From the NCBI RefSeq assembly GCF_964355755.1, contig NC_092671.1:34358304-34422303 (forward strand): 64,000 nucleotides of DNA, written 5' to 3'. Below the pieces are notes generated by a model. It searched no databases. It had not been told where the DNA came from and saw nothing but the letters and a program-made list of their open reading frames with translations. The translations under genes and the position numbers were made by a program. The stretch's first letter is position 1. Each line of letters starts with the position of its first letter. The DNA is from Antedon mediterranea (lineage: Eukaryota; Animalia; Echinodermata). Below, piece after piece: positions 24,130-37,068 of the stretch.

Positions 24130-27100
24130 TTAAATCCTCAAATGTTCTGGAACATTTGCTTCTGGCTCCCAGGTAAGTTTTTTGAAGCCAACCCACTTTA
24201 CTTGGTACATAAATTGTCCTTTCTTCTTTTTCTTTTTTAATATTTTTTCAAATGCATAAAATCCTGAAAAAAAAAAAGAAGCAATTTTTACAAGCATGAA
24301 AATAAGTTAAACAAACTGTGTCTCCAAAACAATATTTGATTATTATCAGGGTTGTAATTATTATGTCTCTGCATCTTACCTTCTTTCAACTCAGTTTTCT
24401 TACTGGTATGCCCAATCTCCGAACAAATGTTTGCTAAATCTGTATTTTTTTCTGGGAAAAAAAACAGTTAAGCATTAATTGTTAAAAAAACATTTTCTTG
24501 GGGTTCCCTACTCTCTAATTTGAATGTATGTGCTATTGCTACAGTATTTAAAAAATGTATTTGAATTTAATTATGCACAAGGACACTTTATTGAGTAAAA
24601 ACTTAGTCTAGTGTATATTGTTGTGTTAAGGTCAATTAACTGTCAAATAATTTTTTTAATTTTATTTTTTTTAAAGCACTATAACACTGTATTGCTCATA
24701 GGTCATTCCATATCCTGTCACGTCTTTAACACAATTGTATTCATTGTATGTGTTGCTGTTTTAAATTTAAGTAGGTTTGCTAAATGTGTTACTCACCAAA
24801 ATCAATTAAAACTTCGTGAGGCCTAATGGTACCTTCAATTTCAGCTGTGGAAGAATTATGTTCATTGTGAAGAATATCACAAAGAAAAGTAAATACTGTA
24901 TAAACATTTTGATTCACACTAAATACACATTTTTAATGTATCAACAAATATAACATCAAATATCAAGTAAATGATGTTTAACTTACCATCAGCAATAACT
25001 GTTTCATTTTCTGTTACTGTGGATGAATAAATTGCAATAAATTTATATTTTATTCAATGACTATATCATATAATAGACTCGAACACCTTTCTACAACAAA
25101 TTGTTTGGTTGCATTAAATATCAAGTAAATGATGTTTAACTTACCATCAGCAAGAACTGTTTCATTGTCTGTTGCTGTGGATGAATAAATTGCAATAAAT
25201 TATATTGTATTCAATTACTATATCATATAATAGACTCGAACACCTTTCTACAACAAATTGTTTGGTTGCATTAAATATCAAGTAAATGATGTTTAACTTA
25301 CCATCAGCAAGAACAGTTTCATTTTCTGTTACTGTGGATGAATAAATTGCAATAAATTTATATTTTATTCAATGACTATATCATATAATAGACTCGAACA
25401 CCTTTCTACAACAAATTGTTTGGTTGCATTAAATATCAAGTAAATGATGTTTAACTTACCATCAGCAAGAACAGTTTCATTTTCTGTTGCTGTGGATGAA
25501 TAAATTGCAATAAATTATATTGTATTCAATATGCAGATGTAGTTTATAGTGAAATACAGTAGTACTGTTTACCTATATTATTTAAGAAAACAGTTGTGTG
25601 CCTTAATATACTATATATTAACCATGCACAAAATGTTAAATTAGATACTGACTATAGAATTTCAAATTCAAAGATATTGTAGATCTCTTAGATTTAAATA
25701 TCATCCAAAAAACTACTTTCTGTCATGACTGCAGATGATTAATTGACATACACTAGAATTGCAAAATTAATTTTCACAAAACCAAAATCTGAAAGGCCTC
25801 TAAATGTTTATTAATTACTGTAAATGTTCTTAAGCGATTAATGTTTGCTTTTTTTACAAATGGAGGTACAAGTTAGGTGGCATGCTGATTAATGAAGGTA
25901 AACTGTGGTATGAAATAGTTTGATAATTCGAAAGTTGGATATCATTGATGCATGCGACTGTGTGTCAGTCAAATTTTCTGAAACACATTTATTTTAGTTA
26001 AAACTTGCCTTCAAATTTAAGGTGATTGCTCTTTTCAATAATGCTTTCAAGTTCTTGGTAAGTGTACCTTCCTATTGGCTTAAAGCCAATAGGATCGAGG
26101 CCACAAACCCGCCACTTTCCGTTCATCACCTCCTTGTAAGGCACCCTATCTTTCCCTGATGCTTGTTCTGAAAAAACATCCCAGAGTTTAACAATTTAGA
26201 GTGAAGTGTAAATTTGTAATAATGAGTGTACATATAAATTATTAATACAGTAATAGTTTGATAAAAACTCTAGATGATTGGTATAGACATAGGATACTTT
26301 ATTTGTCAAAAATGTAATATTTTTTAAAAGATAAGATGTTAAAATACATTTAAAATTCTTGTAAGAAAATATTAAAATACATTAAATTAAATATGAAAAT
26401 TGCAATATTCAAAATACTGTGGATATCGCATTAATAATATAAAATAATTTAAAATACGTTTGACTTTGATAACATTTTTGATTCAAAACATCCTTTATTT
26501 TTAAAAATTGTGAACTTACTGAATTTGTTATTTAACAGCTCCTGCACTTCTCGTCTGAGCTTTTTCTTCTTATTTACTTGTGTTGCATTTGGACCTGTAT
26601 GGATTAAAATCAGATTGTAAGCATAAATATAAATCATGTTTTTACAGTATGTACTTGGACTACTGTGTTTAACACCATTCATTAATATATGATATAATAT
26701 AAGTGTCAGATCAGAGTGTACTGTATTTAATAAAGCAGTCATGTTACAATTATTATTTAAAAAATCTTTTTGTATTTAACATTCTGTGTTTCATCAATTA
26801 TTTAGGTAAGTTGAATATCTTGGTTGAAGTTATTTATTCTCATTATTTTATATACCCGTAGATATATAATTATTTTACTTACCATTACTAAACGATAAGA
26901 ACTTGGTTGTAAGCTGCTCCCGCTCCATGAAATAATTACCCTCCTCTGACCCAAAGGAGAATATTGTGTCGTTGTTTGGATGCAAAATAACAGCAATACA
27001 CTGGCATCCAAGGTTCACCATTTCTTGTATCTATGTACATTGTCATAAATATAATTATTGTTGGTAATTAGTACACAAAAGAACAGAAATACACATGTCT

Positions 27101-29147
27101 CGACTGGCCTTATTAACTGTACAAAAGATAATAAAAATAAAACATTTACTATGAAAAATATAAAGTAAAATCAATATTACACTATCTATAATTAGATAAA
27201 AAAAAAAATTATAGCAAATTTAAAATTTCTTGATTAGCAACATTTCATTATAAAACGTATGCATGGTTTGATTTTTCCGTTGTAAATCTGCTACAATGCT
27301 TACTTTTGTCAAATTTATGATGAAAGAGGTAATTTTAATTAAAATAATATTAATTTTTTTCCAATTTTAAAGTCTTTATATAAAACTATATTTAAAATGT
27401 TGTAAAAATGGTGCAGTCAATTCTAAATAAGTTTAACTTGCATTGAAAGAAGTTACACATTTTCAATTTATTGTATATAAACTTGATTTTTGCATCAAAT
27501 TTAAGTTTGTTATCGATTTGATCATCTAAATGCTTGTATGTTTTAACTTCTGATAACCTTTAATTGGGGAAGCAAGTACTTATATTAAAAAGCCAAGCAA
27601 TGCACATTGCAGGAAAATTAATTTTACTAACTTTCTTTTCAATTTCCTTGGTTTTTCGTGCTATTGCAATTTTATTCTGGCCTTCTGTCATTTGCGATGG
27701 TGTTGTTGGCAGTGGCAAAGCCAGTCTTGCCCGTTCTTCATAACTGGCAGATTCATTGGACTGTTTTAGTTCCTGCCACTTTTTTAGGCCACTCACACGA
27801 CAATCGGTATAAGTTCTGCCTTTGTCGAGTTCTAATGAAATACATAAAATATATTAATTTGATATAATATAAGTTTAAACTTTTACGGGTATATCATGGG
27901 ATTTTATCTGGCTCTTTTCTATTGTATGTCCATTTCATGTATGTACAGTATTTTGCCAAATCAAATCATACTATTACAATCTATATTCACCTTCCTTTAT
28001 GTGTTCAGACATGAACAGCTGGTGGCCCGTTTGTTTTCTTATTCTTAACTTTTCCTTGCAAGGACGTTTTTTTCCGGACAATTTTTTTTTGTAGTTGCCA
28101 ATCCAATCCTATAAGAACATAATATAATATATAGTATTAATTGTTTTCCTTTTGTTCTATTTCAAATTCTAATAATAATCGTTATACTCTATACAAAAAA
28201 CTAGATACAGCTTGAATATATTATTACAAAACAAACTCAATATTTTATAAACAATTGTAATATATTTTTTTTTATAAAAGTGGAACACACAGATCACCGA
28301 TTCACCAAACTAAATCAAAGGCCTTTTGGATGAGTTTTGAGCTTTTGGCATGAGTGTTGGTGATTATGTTTGTTGAAACTACAATCATTTTAAAACAATC
28401 AGTAGCAATAAAAAAATAAAAATTACTTATTTAACCTCTCTATTAAGCATTCCAGAAAAACGATCAACAATAAAAAAAAGCATTTATAGACATAAATGGC
28501 ATTAATAATATGATTAAGAGACATATTACATTATAATTATCCTACTTACTTTTACCTGTTCTTCCAACAAACCAGTTTTTTCAACTGCTTTTGCTAGTAA
28601 CACCTTCTGTCTGTCACTCCTATAACTTGACATACCCTTCTCATATAAAGCAATGAGAACCGATTTGTTTTTATCTCCAATTTGCCTTCGGCTTCGCTTA
28701 GTACACCTAGACCTAGGCAGAAGGTAGAAGTAGTAGTGTATACACTTTAATTAAAAGAATGCCTAGCTAGGCCTAGTAAGTAGTATTAATATAACCATGG
28801 AGTAAAGATTACTCCAGGCATGATATAACTATTTTTTACAAATATATAAATATAAGGCCTAGGCTAGGTCTACATTGAAAATTGTTCATAATAATAATAT
28901 AGTGTTTGTCATCAATTCAAGATGACATAGGCCTAGGCTACACTACAACACGTGCTGCTGCTTTATAGATTGTGTCACAGTGTATTTTAATAGAGCATTT
29001 TTAGGGTGTAAAATGAATGGTCGTTTTTATGTATAAATGTCTGAGCCTTGACTCTATAAATAGATAGTACTAGGCCTAGGGCCTAGCCTATGCTATGATT
29101 ATCTAGGCTAGTAGGCCTAGCGATACCTACCTTTCAATCTCATTCAT
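24130..29147 (-). CDS. Transposon accessory protein: homeodomain-like + HMG-box-like + C-terminal chromodomain, about 417 aa, 14 exons
   Basis: Exons 29147-29131, 28712-28550, 28108-27991, 27831-27632, 27030-26883, 26594-26520, 26167-26009 (GC donor), four 30-nt exons, 24844-24797, 24451-24380, 24263-24130. They total 1254 nt with no internal stop. Motifs KTGLLEEQVKDWIGNYKKK; RKQTGHQLFMSE...KKWQELK...YEERA; YAFEKILKKKKKKGQFMYQVKWVGFKKLTWEPEANV. Confidence 0.85.
24950..25530 (-). repeat. Tandem 157-158 bp repeat, each unit carrying a 30-nt coding micro-exon
   Basis: Exons 25489-25460, 25331-25302, 25174-25145 and 25016-24987, each CCACAG|(A/V)T(E/D)NETV(L/I)AD|GTAAGT. Confidence 0.85.
28796..28822. 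mobile_element. P-like excision footprint
   Basis: CATGGAGTAAAGATTACTCCA(GGC)ATG flanked by the 7-bp direct repeat ATATAAC. Confidence 0.6.
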
Positions 29148-29527
29148 TGAAAAACAAGGTGATGTGTATAATAAGTGTAAAAATCTGTAAAATTCGTAGA
29201 AAATAATTATTCTGTACTAAAGTAACTCTTGTGTGTGGTAGCTGTTTGTGTAACAATTGTTTAACTGGGTGTTTAGTGGCTTCTCTCAGAGTGCTGAAGT
29301 GACGGCAGATAAAGATATAGGGCCTAGGCGCGCCAGGTGTAAGATATCATCCTCCTGTCATCCATCAATCCATCATCCATCCCCACCGTACCACCCAAGG
29401 CCCATACCATAGTTTTGTAGAGCTAGTGTGTAAAGAGGGCGCTTTCCGAATGACAAGTTTCCAAGTTTCCACCAATTAAATTGTCGCGTTGCGCCCCTAG
29501 CTAGCTAGCATCATGCATGCAGCTTAA

Positions 29528-29811
29528 GCCGATTTTCCACTAGGCGAATTTGTTCGCGCGAATCGAACGCGCCAGCTTGTACGCATGTGTATTCATGTTT
29601 ACGTCTTCCAAATCCTTCTCTACGCATGCGTATTAGCTGACGCCTTCGATTCGCGCGAACAAATTCGCCCAGTGGAAAATCGGCTTAAGCCGATTTTCCA
29701 CTGGGCGAATTTGTTCGCGCGAATCGAAGGCGTCAGCTAATACGCATGCGTAGAGAAGGATTTGGAAGACGTAAACATGAATACACATGCGTACAAGCTG
29801 GCGCGTTCGAT
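29528..29811. mobile_element. Two inverted copies of a ~160-bp MITE forming a palindrome
   Basis: GCCGATTTTCCACT..GCGAATTTGTTCGCGCGAATCGAA TIRs with TTAA flanks. The second, inverted copy starts at 29689 and is cut at about 29811. Confidence 0.8.
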
Positions 29812-29813
29812 AA

Positions 29814-29996
29814 AGCGTGGTTCCCACTAGCGACGCAACACAAGGACGTAACGCAACGCAAGTGAATTGACCAATCACAAGCGATGGCTTATTCGCTTGT
29901 GATTGCTAACTGTCTATAACTAACTTCGCTTGTCATTGGTTAAAACGCTTGCGTTGCGTTTACGTCCTTGCGTTACGTTCTAGTGAGAACCAAGCT
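29814..29996. mobile_element. PIF/Harbinger-like MITE
   Basis: TIR AGCGTGGTTCCCACTAG / CTAGTGAGAACCAAGCT with TAA on both sides; internally palindromic. Confidence 0.7.
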
Positions 29997-30644
29997 TAAG
30001 ATAGATAGATAGATAGATAGCTAGCTAGCTCATCATGGAGGTATCTATTTTTATACCTCCATTGCTAGCTGATGATTCTCCCCAACTGAGATGTATAATA
30101 TTGATATTGTAATTTACTTTTTGGAAATATTTCCTTTTTCATTTTAAATATTTTATCCTTCACAGCACCAAGATTAGAAGAGATGTGCCACGTCAGTATC
30201 AAAGTACATACTGTACTCTTTTTTTATTCGTATTGATGAATTGCCACCCAACCAATAGGCCTACATGGATATTGTAAAATACATCTAACAATAACAGACA
30301 GATCCATCTATCTCTTAGTCTTATAAATAGATGTATCTCAGCTCTCCAAACTACTGCTGCTATAAATTCCCAATTGACAATGACATACTGTGCAGGGGGT
30401 TTGGAAAGGCTTCAATATAATTAGCGATGGCCTACTGCTACTGTACACTGTCAACATTGTCATTAGACAAGAAATGGAGGCACAGTTTATCCACCAGAGG
30501 GCTGGTGCTAATACAATCTATCATCCTCTCACTAGTAATGTATCAACCAGGGCTAGGCCTAGACTATTCCAGTAATTTAAAGGGGTTGCATTTAAATGAA
30601 AATGTTTAAAAAAAGATAACATTTTAGTAATTATTAAAATTAAC

Positions 30645-33600
30645 CCATTTTGTAGATATCAAATTTCATTTGGTATTGATTGTAGGATTTTCACAACTTA
30701 TTTTGCTTGTTCTAGTTGGGCACACTATATTATGTGTTATTGTATATTTTTTACAGAATGAGATGGTCCAGTGTAATATGAGTCAGTTGTTTATTTGTAC
30801 AATATGCAGGAGAGATCTGAGGCTAGAGAAGAACCAGTTTTCTGCTGATACCATTCATTTATATAAACAAACCAATGTTTTCCTAATATTGAACTACAAC
30901 AGACAAAGGAATGATTAACATAAGGGTTTTACAATACATTAGGCTGTATTTTATTGAAAAATCCACTTAAAATTGTTTTTAAAACATCTTCATAATGAAT
31001 GACAACATGATGTAGCCTACTTTTTTACAATCACAAAAGGCATTGGATTTGTGAGACCTAATAATTGAAGAAAAATGTTTATTGGGAATATTTTTTATTA
31101 TAAGGCTAATATTACAAATATGGTGGTATTTAATGTTGCCAAACTATGTATTAGTGTAATGTGTTATAATAAAAATAAATACTATATAAATCACATTAAA
31201 ATAAATAAATACAATATCAAACGCCTGGCACAGAATAAATTCTAAATCGCCTGATACTGAAAATTTGTTAATTAAACTTGATAAGATGAGAAACACTGAC
31301 GAGATCTAATAAGATCGAAACAGTACTGTCTGCAGATTGGATATATACAGTTTAGAATTTGTTTTGAGTTTTATATATAATAAATAATTGAAAAAGCAAA
31401 TGTATTGTACGTATATGAATGTGGGTGTGTAGTGTACATGTACCGTATAGTATGTATTTTATATTAAAGTATACAATGTCCCTACACTGATCCTATATGG
31501 TTTTGGTTGGTCATGCAAATCATCTACAAACCAACTTATACTGTACTAATTATGTTACAGTAAGTAATGTGATGTATTAGGCCTAGTCACGTATTAAAAA
31601 ATCATAATGCATGAAATAATGCTAATATTGTTTGATGAAAAGGTGGGAAAAAGTGTTTAATAACATTGTTATGATATAAATAATAAAAAAATATGATATA
31701 AATATGACCATATTATCTTTATATTGACTATTTTTGATAATCATACCCCTTTAAAGTCATTTGTATTTCAACCTATATTATTTCTTTTGTATTAATATAG
31801 TGTATGTTATGTATTGTTTGTCTTGTTACATTTTGTTAATGTTATGTATTCTTATTATCTGCCTAACCAATATTAGTAATAATAGTTTATATATATATAT
31901 ATGTATATATATATAAACAATTCAGGCAAAGAACATTAATTCTAAACCGCCCGGTGATAAACTGAAATTTTAATTAATTAATTTGAAATATGTATATATT
32001 AATATGTATATATATATATATATATATATAACTTTCTTTCGCAAATAAAATGTATTATAAAAAATCTAATATAAAATGTCAGACCAGCTAAGTATTGCGT
32101 TTCAATTGCATTTTTTTTTTTAGTATAGGCGAATTATATATCTTTTTCTCTAAACAAGTGAATGATACCACATTTAGAATTAAGGTTTCTGTGTATGCAT
32201 TACCAAAATAGTAATTATATTTCAATGCACTTCTGCTTTTTGTTTTAAGATTTTTAAATGATTATTAACTATACATTAAATGGCAGGTTTTTAAAAAAAA
32301 AACGTTTTAAAAGTTAATTGTAGTATTTTGGTCCAGGATGAGGTGAAGTGTGTGTGTGGCACCAGAATTATTTTTTTCTGAAGAAAAGAAGTAAGCAGAT
32401 TCGCTCCAAACAATAGGATTCACATACAAAATCATTATTTTTCCAATATACATAGTATAACAGTATACTTACAGTACATAAGGTAAACTCGAGCAGAAGA
32501 ATAACACACATAAAAACCATATTCATTTTTTCGTCGAAAAGTGCCCTCTCTAGTTTCATATTAATAAATTAACTATTAATAAAAAAATTAATGGGTAATA
32601 TGAACATATTTTAAACATTAATGGTGGAAATTGGCTCTACTCCTAACAAAGCTTCATATCACCGAAATTCAACAACGTAGTCAACGCACTTCAATAAATA
32701 TCACAATTTAACAATCGTAATTTGGGAGGGCTGGATTTTGGTTAAAATCATATACAAAAAACATCGAGAAAAAATATTTTTCGTATTCAAAAACATTTGA
32801 AACTTCGTATATATGTTCAATATAGGTTGCTCTATCCACAGAAAATATTGCATACCCAACAGTAGTTTTTTTATGTTTTTTTTTTCTACAAAACCGTCAT
32901 GAAGTCGGAAAAATGAGTTGGAATTGTATGTACTTTCTTAAGTGCAAATTTTGTAACAACGTAAATTATAAAAATCGATTAAATGACTTGCTATTGATTT
33001 TCTTTTACATTATGGATGAAGTAACCTATATTGAACATATATACCAGGTTTCAAATGTTTTAGAATACGAAAAGTATTTTTTCTCGATGTTTTTTGTATA
33101 TGATTTTTAACCAAAATCCAGCCCTCCCAAATTACGATTGTTAAATTGTGATATTTATTTAAGTGCGTTGACTACGTTGTTGAATTTCGGTGATATGAAG
33201 CTTTGTTAGGAGTAGAGCCAACTTCCACCATTAAATGTTTAAAATATGTTCATATTACCCATTAATTTTTAATTAATAATTAATTTATTAATATGAAACT
33301 AGAGAGGGCACTTTTCGACGAGAAAATGAATATGGTTTTTATGTGTGTTATTCTTCTGCTCGAATTTACCTTATGTACTGTAAGTATACTGTTATACTGT
33401 GTACAGTAGGCCTGTATTGGAAAAACAATGATTTGTGTATCTTCTTGGGATTTGTTTGAAAGCGAATACTACACTTCTTTTCTTCAGAAAACATCTCATT
33501 TTACCAACAAACCCCAACCTCCAACACACCAGACCCTCCTGAAATCTACATAGTACATTATAAGCCAAATTAACCGTTTTAACTTTTTTTTTATTAAAAC

Positions 33601-34725
33601 CAATCTGCCTCAAGAATATATATATTTTTTATAAACAAATCAGGCAAAAGAACAGTAAACCATAATTACAATAATAAATAATAACATAAAGATTGATAGG
33701 AATTGTAAGTAATATTAATGAAATTAAAGTGCATTAGTTTAAAAAATAAAACCAAAAAAACTTAACTACCCTTCATTTGAATAAATCCCCCGGGGCTGTT
33801 TATTCGAGGGAGGGAGAAGGAACGTTTATGCAAAATTATGTTCTTTGGGAGGGGGAGGGGAGGATGGGGTTGTTATATGAAGAAGGCTTTTATTCAAAGC
33901 AGTCAATTAAAAAAAGTTCAGTCATATAAATATAATGTTAACTACTATTTTGGTAATGCATACACATGATAGAATTATGTTCAGAAATCTAAATTCTAAA
34001 TGTGGCATCATTAACTTGTTTAGAGAAAAAAATTATAATTGATGGGCTACACACAAAAAAAATGCAATAAATACTTACAATTATTATTAATATTTGTTAT
34101 ATAGGCAAAAAATATATAAATAATAATACTTAACATTAACACAATTATTTAACAAGTTAAGTACCGGTAATACTGTACATAACACTGAACTATAATACCA
34201 AAGGAATATATGAGTTAAATAAAATACAATGGATTTCAACGGCTATGATTATCCAAACATTTTTTTATATATAAAAATAGCACATTATAGTTCGGCAACA
34301 TTTATTTTTTGGTTAGATAACAAACCGTATTTGGAAATAGGCTATAACAAAAGATGTTGCAGATGTTGTAAAACCAATTTTAAGTGGGGTTTTCAGATAC
34401 ATTACACAAAGACAATTATTGTACTAAATCATGATTTTAATAATGCATTTATTAGTTATCAACCTTGACGTTAATATTAGGAAAACATTGGTTTGTTTAT
34501 ATAAATGATCAATGATATCAGCAGAAAACTGGTTCTTCTCTAGCCTCAGATCATTCCTCCTGCATATTGTATAAATAAACAACTGACTCATAAACACTGG
34601 GCCATCTCATTCTGTAAAAAATATACAATAACACATATAATATTGGGCCCTACTTGAACAAGCAAAATAAGTTCTGAAAATCCTACAATCAATACCGAAT
34701 GAACACAAATCACCAAAATGGATTA
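30645..34725. repeat. About 4.1-kb imperfect inverted repeat (foldback) centred near 32925
   Basis: Arm pairs about 30645-30890/34472-34725, 31700-31870/34080-34260, 32095-32220/33940-34070 and 32370-32830/33020-33490 (innermost near-identical). Confidence 0.85.
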
Positions 34726-35203
34726 ATATTATTAAATTACAAAATATTTCAATGTCAAACTGTTATTGATTAAGCGTAATATTAATACTGGGGTTTTTTT
34801 TATCTACTGTACAAATCAATGTAGAATTGCATTACAACTAAACAATACAAATTTTCAATTTTGTAAAACAAAAAAATGTTTAATCATTGTATGTATACGA
34901 AGAAGTAATGTGTTGTTTAATAAACATTGTTAATAATTTGGTTGAGTATCTAAAAAATAACTTGACAAGCAAAATGCTGTTTGTGAGTTACTGTGATTTT
35001 ACACCAGTGGATTTTATTGCCCAGTGTCATTTGAGCCATATGTTGTAACTACAGTACAAGTCTGACCCATCAAGAGGTTGGTCTAACTGAAATACCTTGA
35101 ATAAGCCTCTTAAGTTTGACCTTGATGACCCTTGAAAGCTACCAAGAATTCCCAATGGTTTAAGCATATTTTAAAAAAGGTTTATAAATGAAGTTACACT
35201 AAG

Positions 35204-35231
35204 CATGGAGGTATAAAATAATACCTCCATG
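35204..35231. mobile_element. P-like excision footprint
   Basis: CATGGAGGTAT...ATACCTCCATG flanked by the 7-bp direct repeat CACTAAG. Confidence 0.7.
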
Positions 35232-36372
35232 CACTAAGCCTACCTACCATAATATAACATTTAATCAAAGAAATTAGAACAATGTAGTATAATTTGGGAT
35301 TTAAATGATGTAAAATAGATGAAGAAAATAAAACTATGAATAGGCAATTTTGATGATTAATAAGTATTCACTTTCAGTTTCTTTAAGGTGATAATTAGGC
35401 AGTGAATTTGTCCATATATTGTACCATAACATTTAATCTAATTACAAGGTTTAAGTAAAGGTGAAAAACTACTGTTATGGCAGAAAAATTGTACCATGTA
35501 AAGAGACAGCCCTACCAACAACAATAAAAATAACTATTCTTAGATTAACAGGTATAATATAAAGCAAATTATAGGCCTCCATTATATATACTTTCAACAT
35601 TTTTTACCACAATCGCTGTAAAAGTATGTTATAGATGAAAATGAAATTAACACTATAAAAATATATAATAATGTTCTTTTGTGTCTCACTCGCTCCTTTT
35701 CTTTCATGTCATTTTTCAAATTAATATTATAAATTATTTGTCATATGCCTACTGTACTGTAAATCATTGGCATCACAATAATCTGAATCATTTGATCTCT
35801 TTCATTTTTTATCAAATAAAAAGATATTGTATTATAAAGCAATTCTAAAAACATATTTTAATAATAATAATATACTGTACTTTATTTTCACATGGAAACA
35901 CTTGAATCACCCAATGGTGTTTTTCATCAAGGCCATACAAGCCCATACATAAGTACAGAAAATTAGCAAAATGAATAAAAGAGAAAAAAATAAACATAAA
36001 GGGTAAACTAAACCCCACCGGACACCAACCCGGTATTTTTAAACAATGTTTCGGGATAACAATTAACACAAAATTTATGTATTTAAACTTAATTTAAAAA
36101 TATTGACATTAGAAATACATTTAAGATTATCTGGAAGGTTATTCCAAAGCTTACTAGCATGAAATGATAGACTTTCAACATTTTTTACGACAAAATCACA
36201 TCAAAAGTATAGTGCTGTAGATGAAAATACAATTAACACTATAAAAATATCATAATGAACATAGAATTACAGTATGAAAAGGTAATATCCATTAATACAC
36301 CCAATAATAAGTATGTAGTAATAATTGCAATGATTATTGTTCCTTTTTAACCTTGTTAAATGTAAAGGCATT

Positions 36373-36620
36373 TGTAAGGAAGAGATGGCAAAAAGAGAGA
36401 TGTTTTTGTTGTCTGTGAAGAAGAAATATTTTGGTAAAACAGACTTTGTAAACAAGTAAATCGTGCAAGCAAAACCATAAAGTATAATGCTTGTAGTAAA
36501 CAAAGTGTTATGTTATACTTTACTATATTTTATTTGAATTTTAAAATTTAGCTATGCAGTATATCATTCAATAAGAAGAGGCAAATCTTAATTAGTGAGG
36601 AGATAACCCTAGACCTAAAG
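36373..36620 (+). repeat. Inverted, multiply deleted copy of the 3' part of the KDZ transposase gene
   Basis: Pieces match the reverse complement of about 38310-38157, 37864-37776 and 37552-37365, in colinear order, including intron sequence. Confidence 0.85.
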
Positions 36621-37068
36621 ACTAACAATAATATGACAACCCATTTATTGATGTTGTATAATATAAATACACGCAATATAAATATATAGAGTACCAAGGT
36701 CCTGTAGGCTTATACTCTTCATACATAATTGCAAAAAATAAGTCGATTCTAATAATTTTAGCATCCCGCTATAAATCCCAACATACATTTCGCGCGGATT
36801 GATATTAATAATAATAATTTACCATAAAACGGACATTTAAAACAAGGAACGACCTGGATTAATGTTTTTAAAGTAATATATATGCATTATTTTTACAAAA
36901 CGTCACAAATTGTAGGGAATGGGTCTTTAAGGAAAAAAAATTATCGCAATAGCCCATATGTTATTATGCTGTTTAGTTTTATTAAAACATGATAAAGCAA
37001 CTTTAAAAAACATTAACCAAACCTGGACGCATGTGCATGACTTGATGTAACACCAATATCTTTACAGG

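Noticed and set aside
35575-36260. Diverged ~90-bp direct repeat (about 35590 and 36170) as LTRs
   Set aside because: No TG...CA ends, PBS, TSD or coding remnants.
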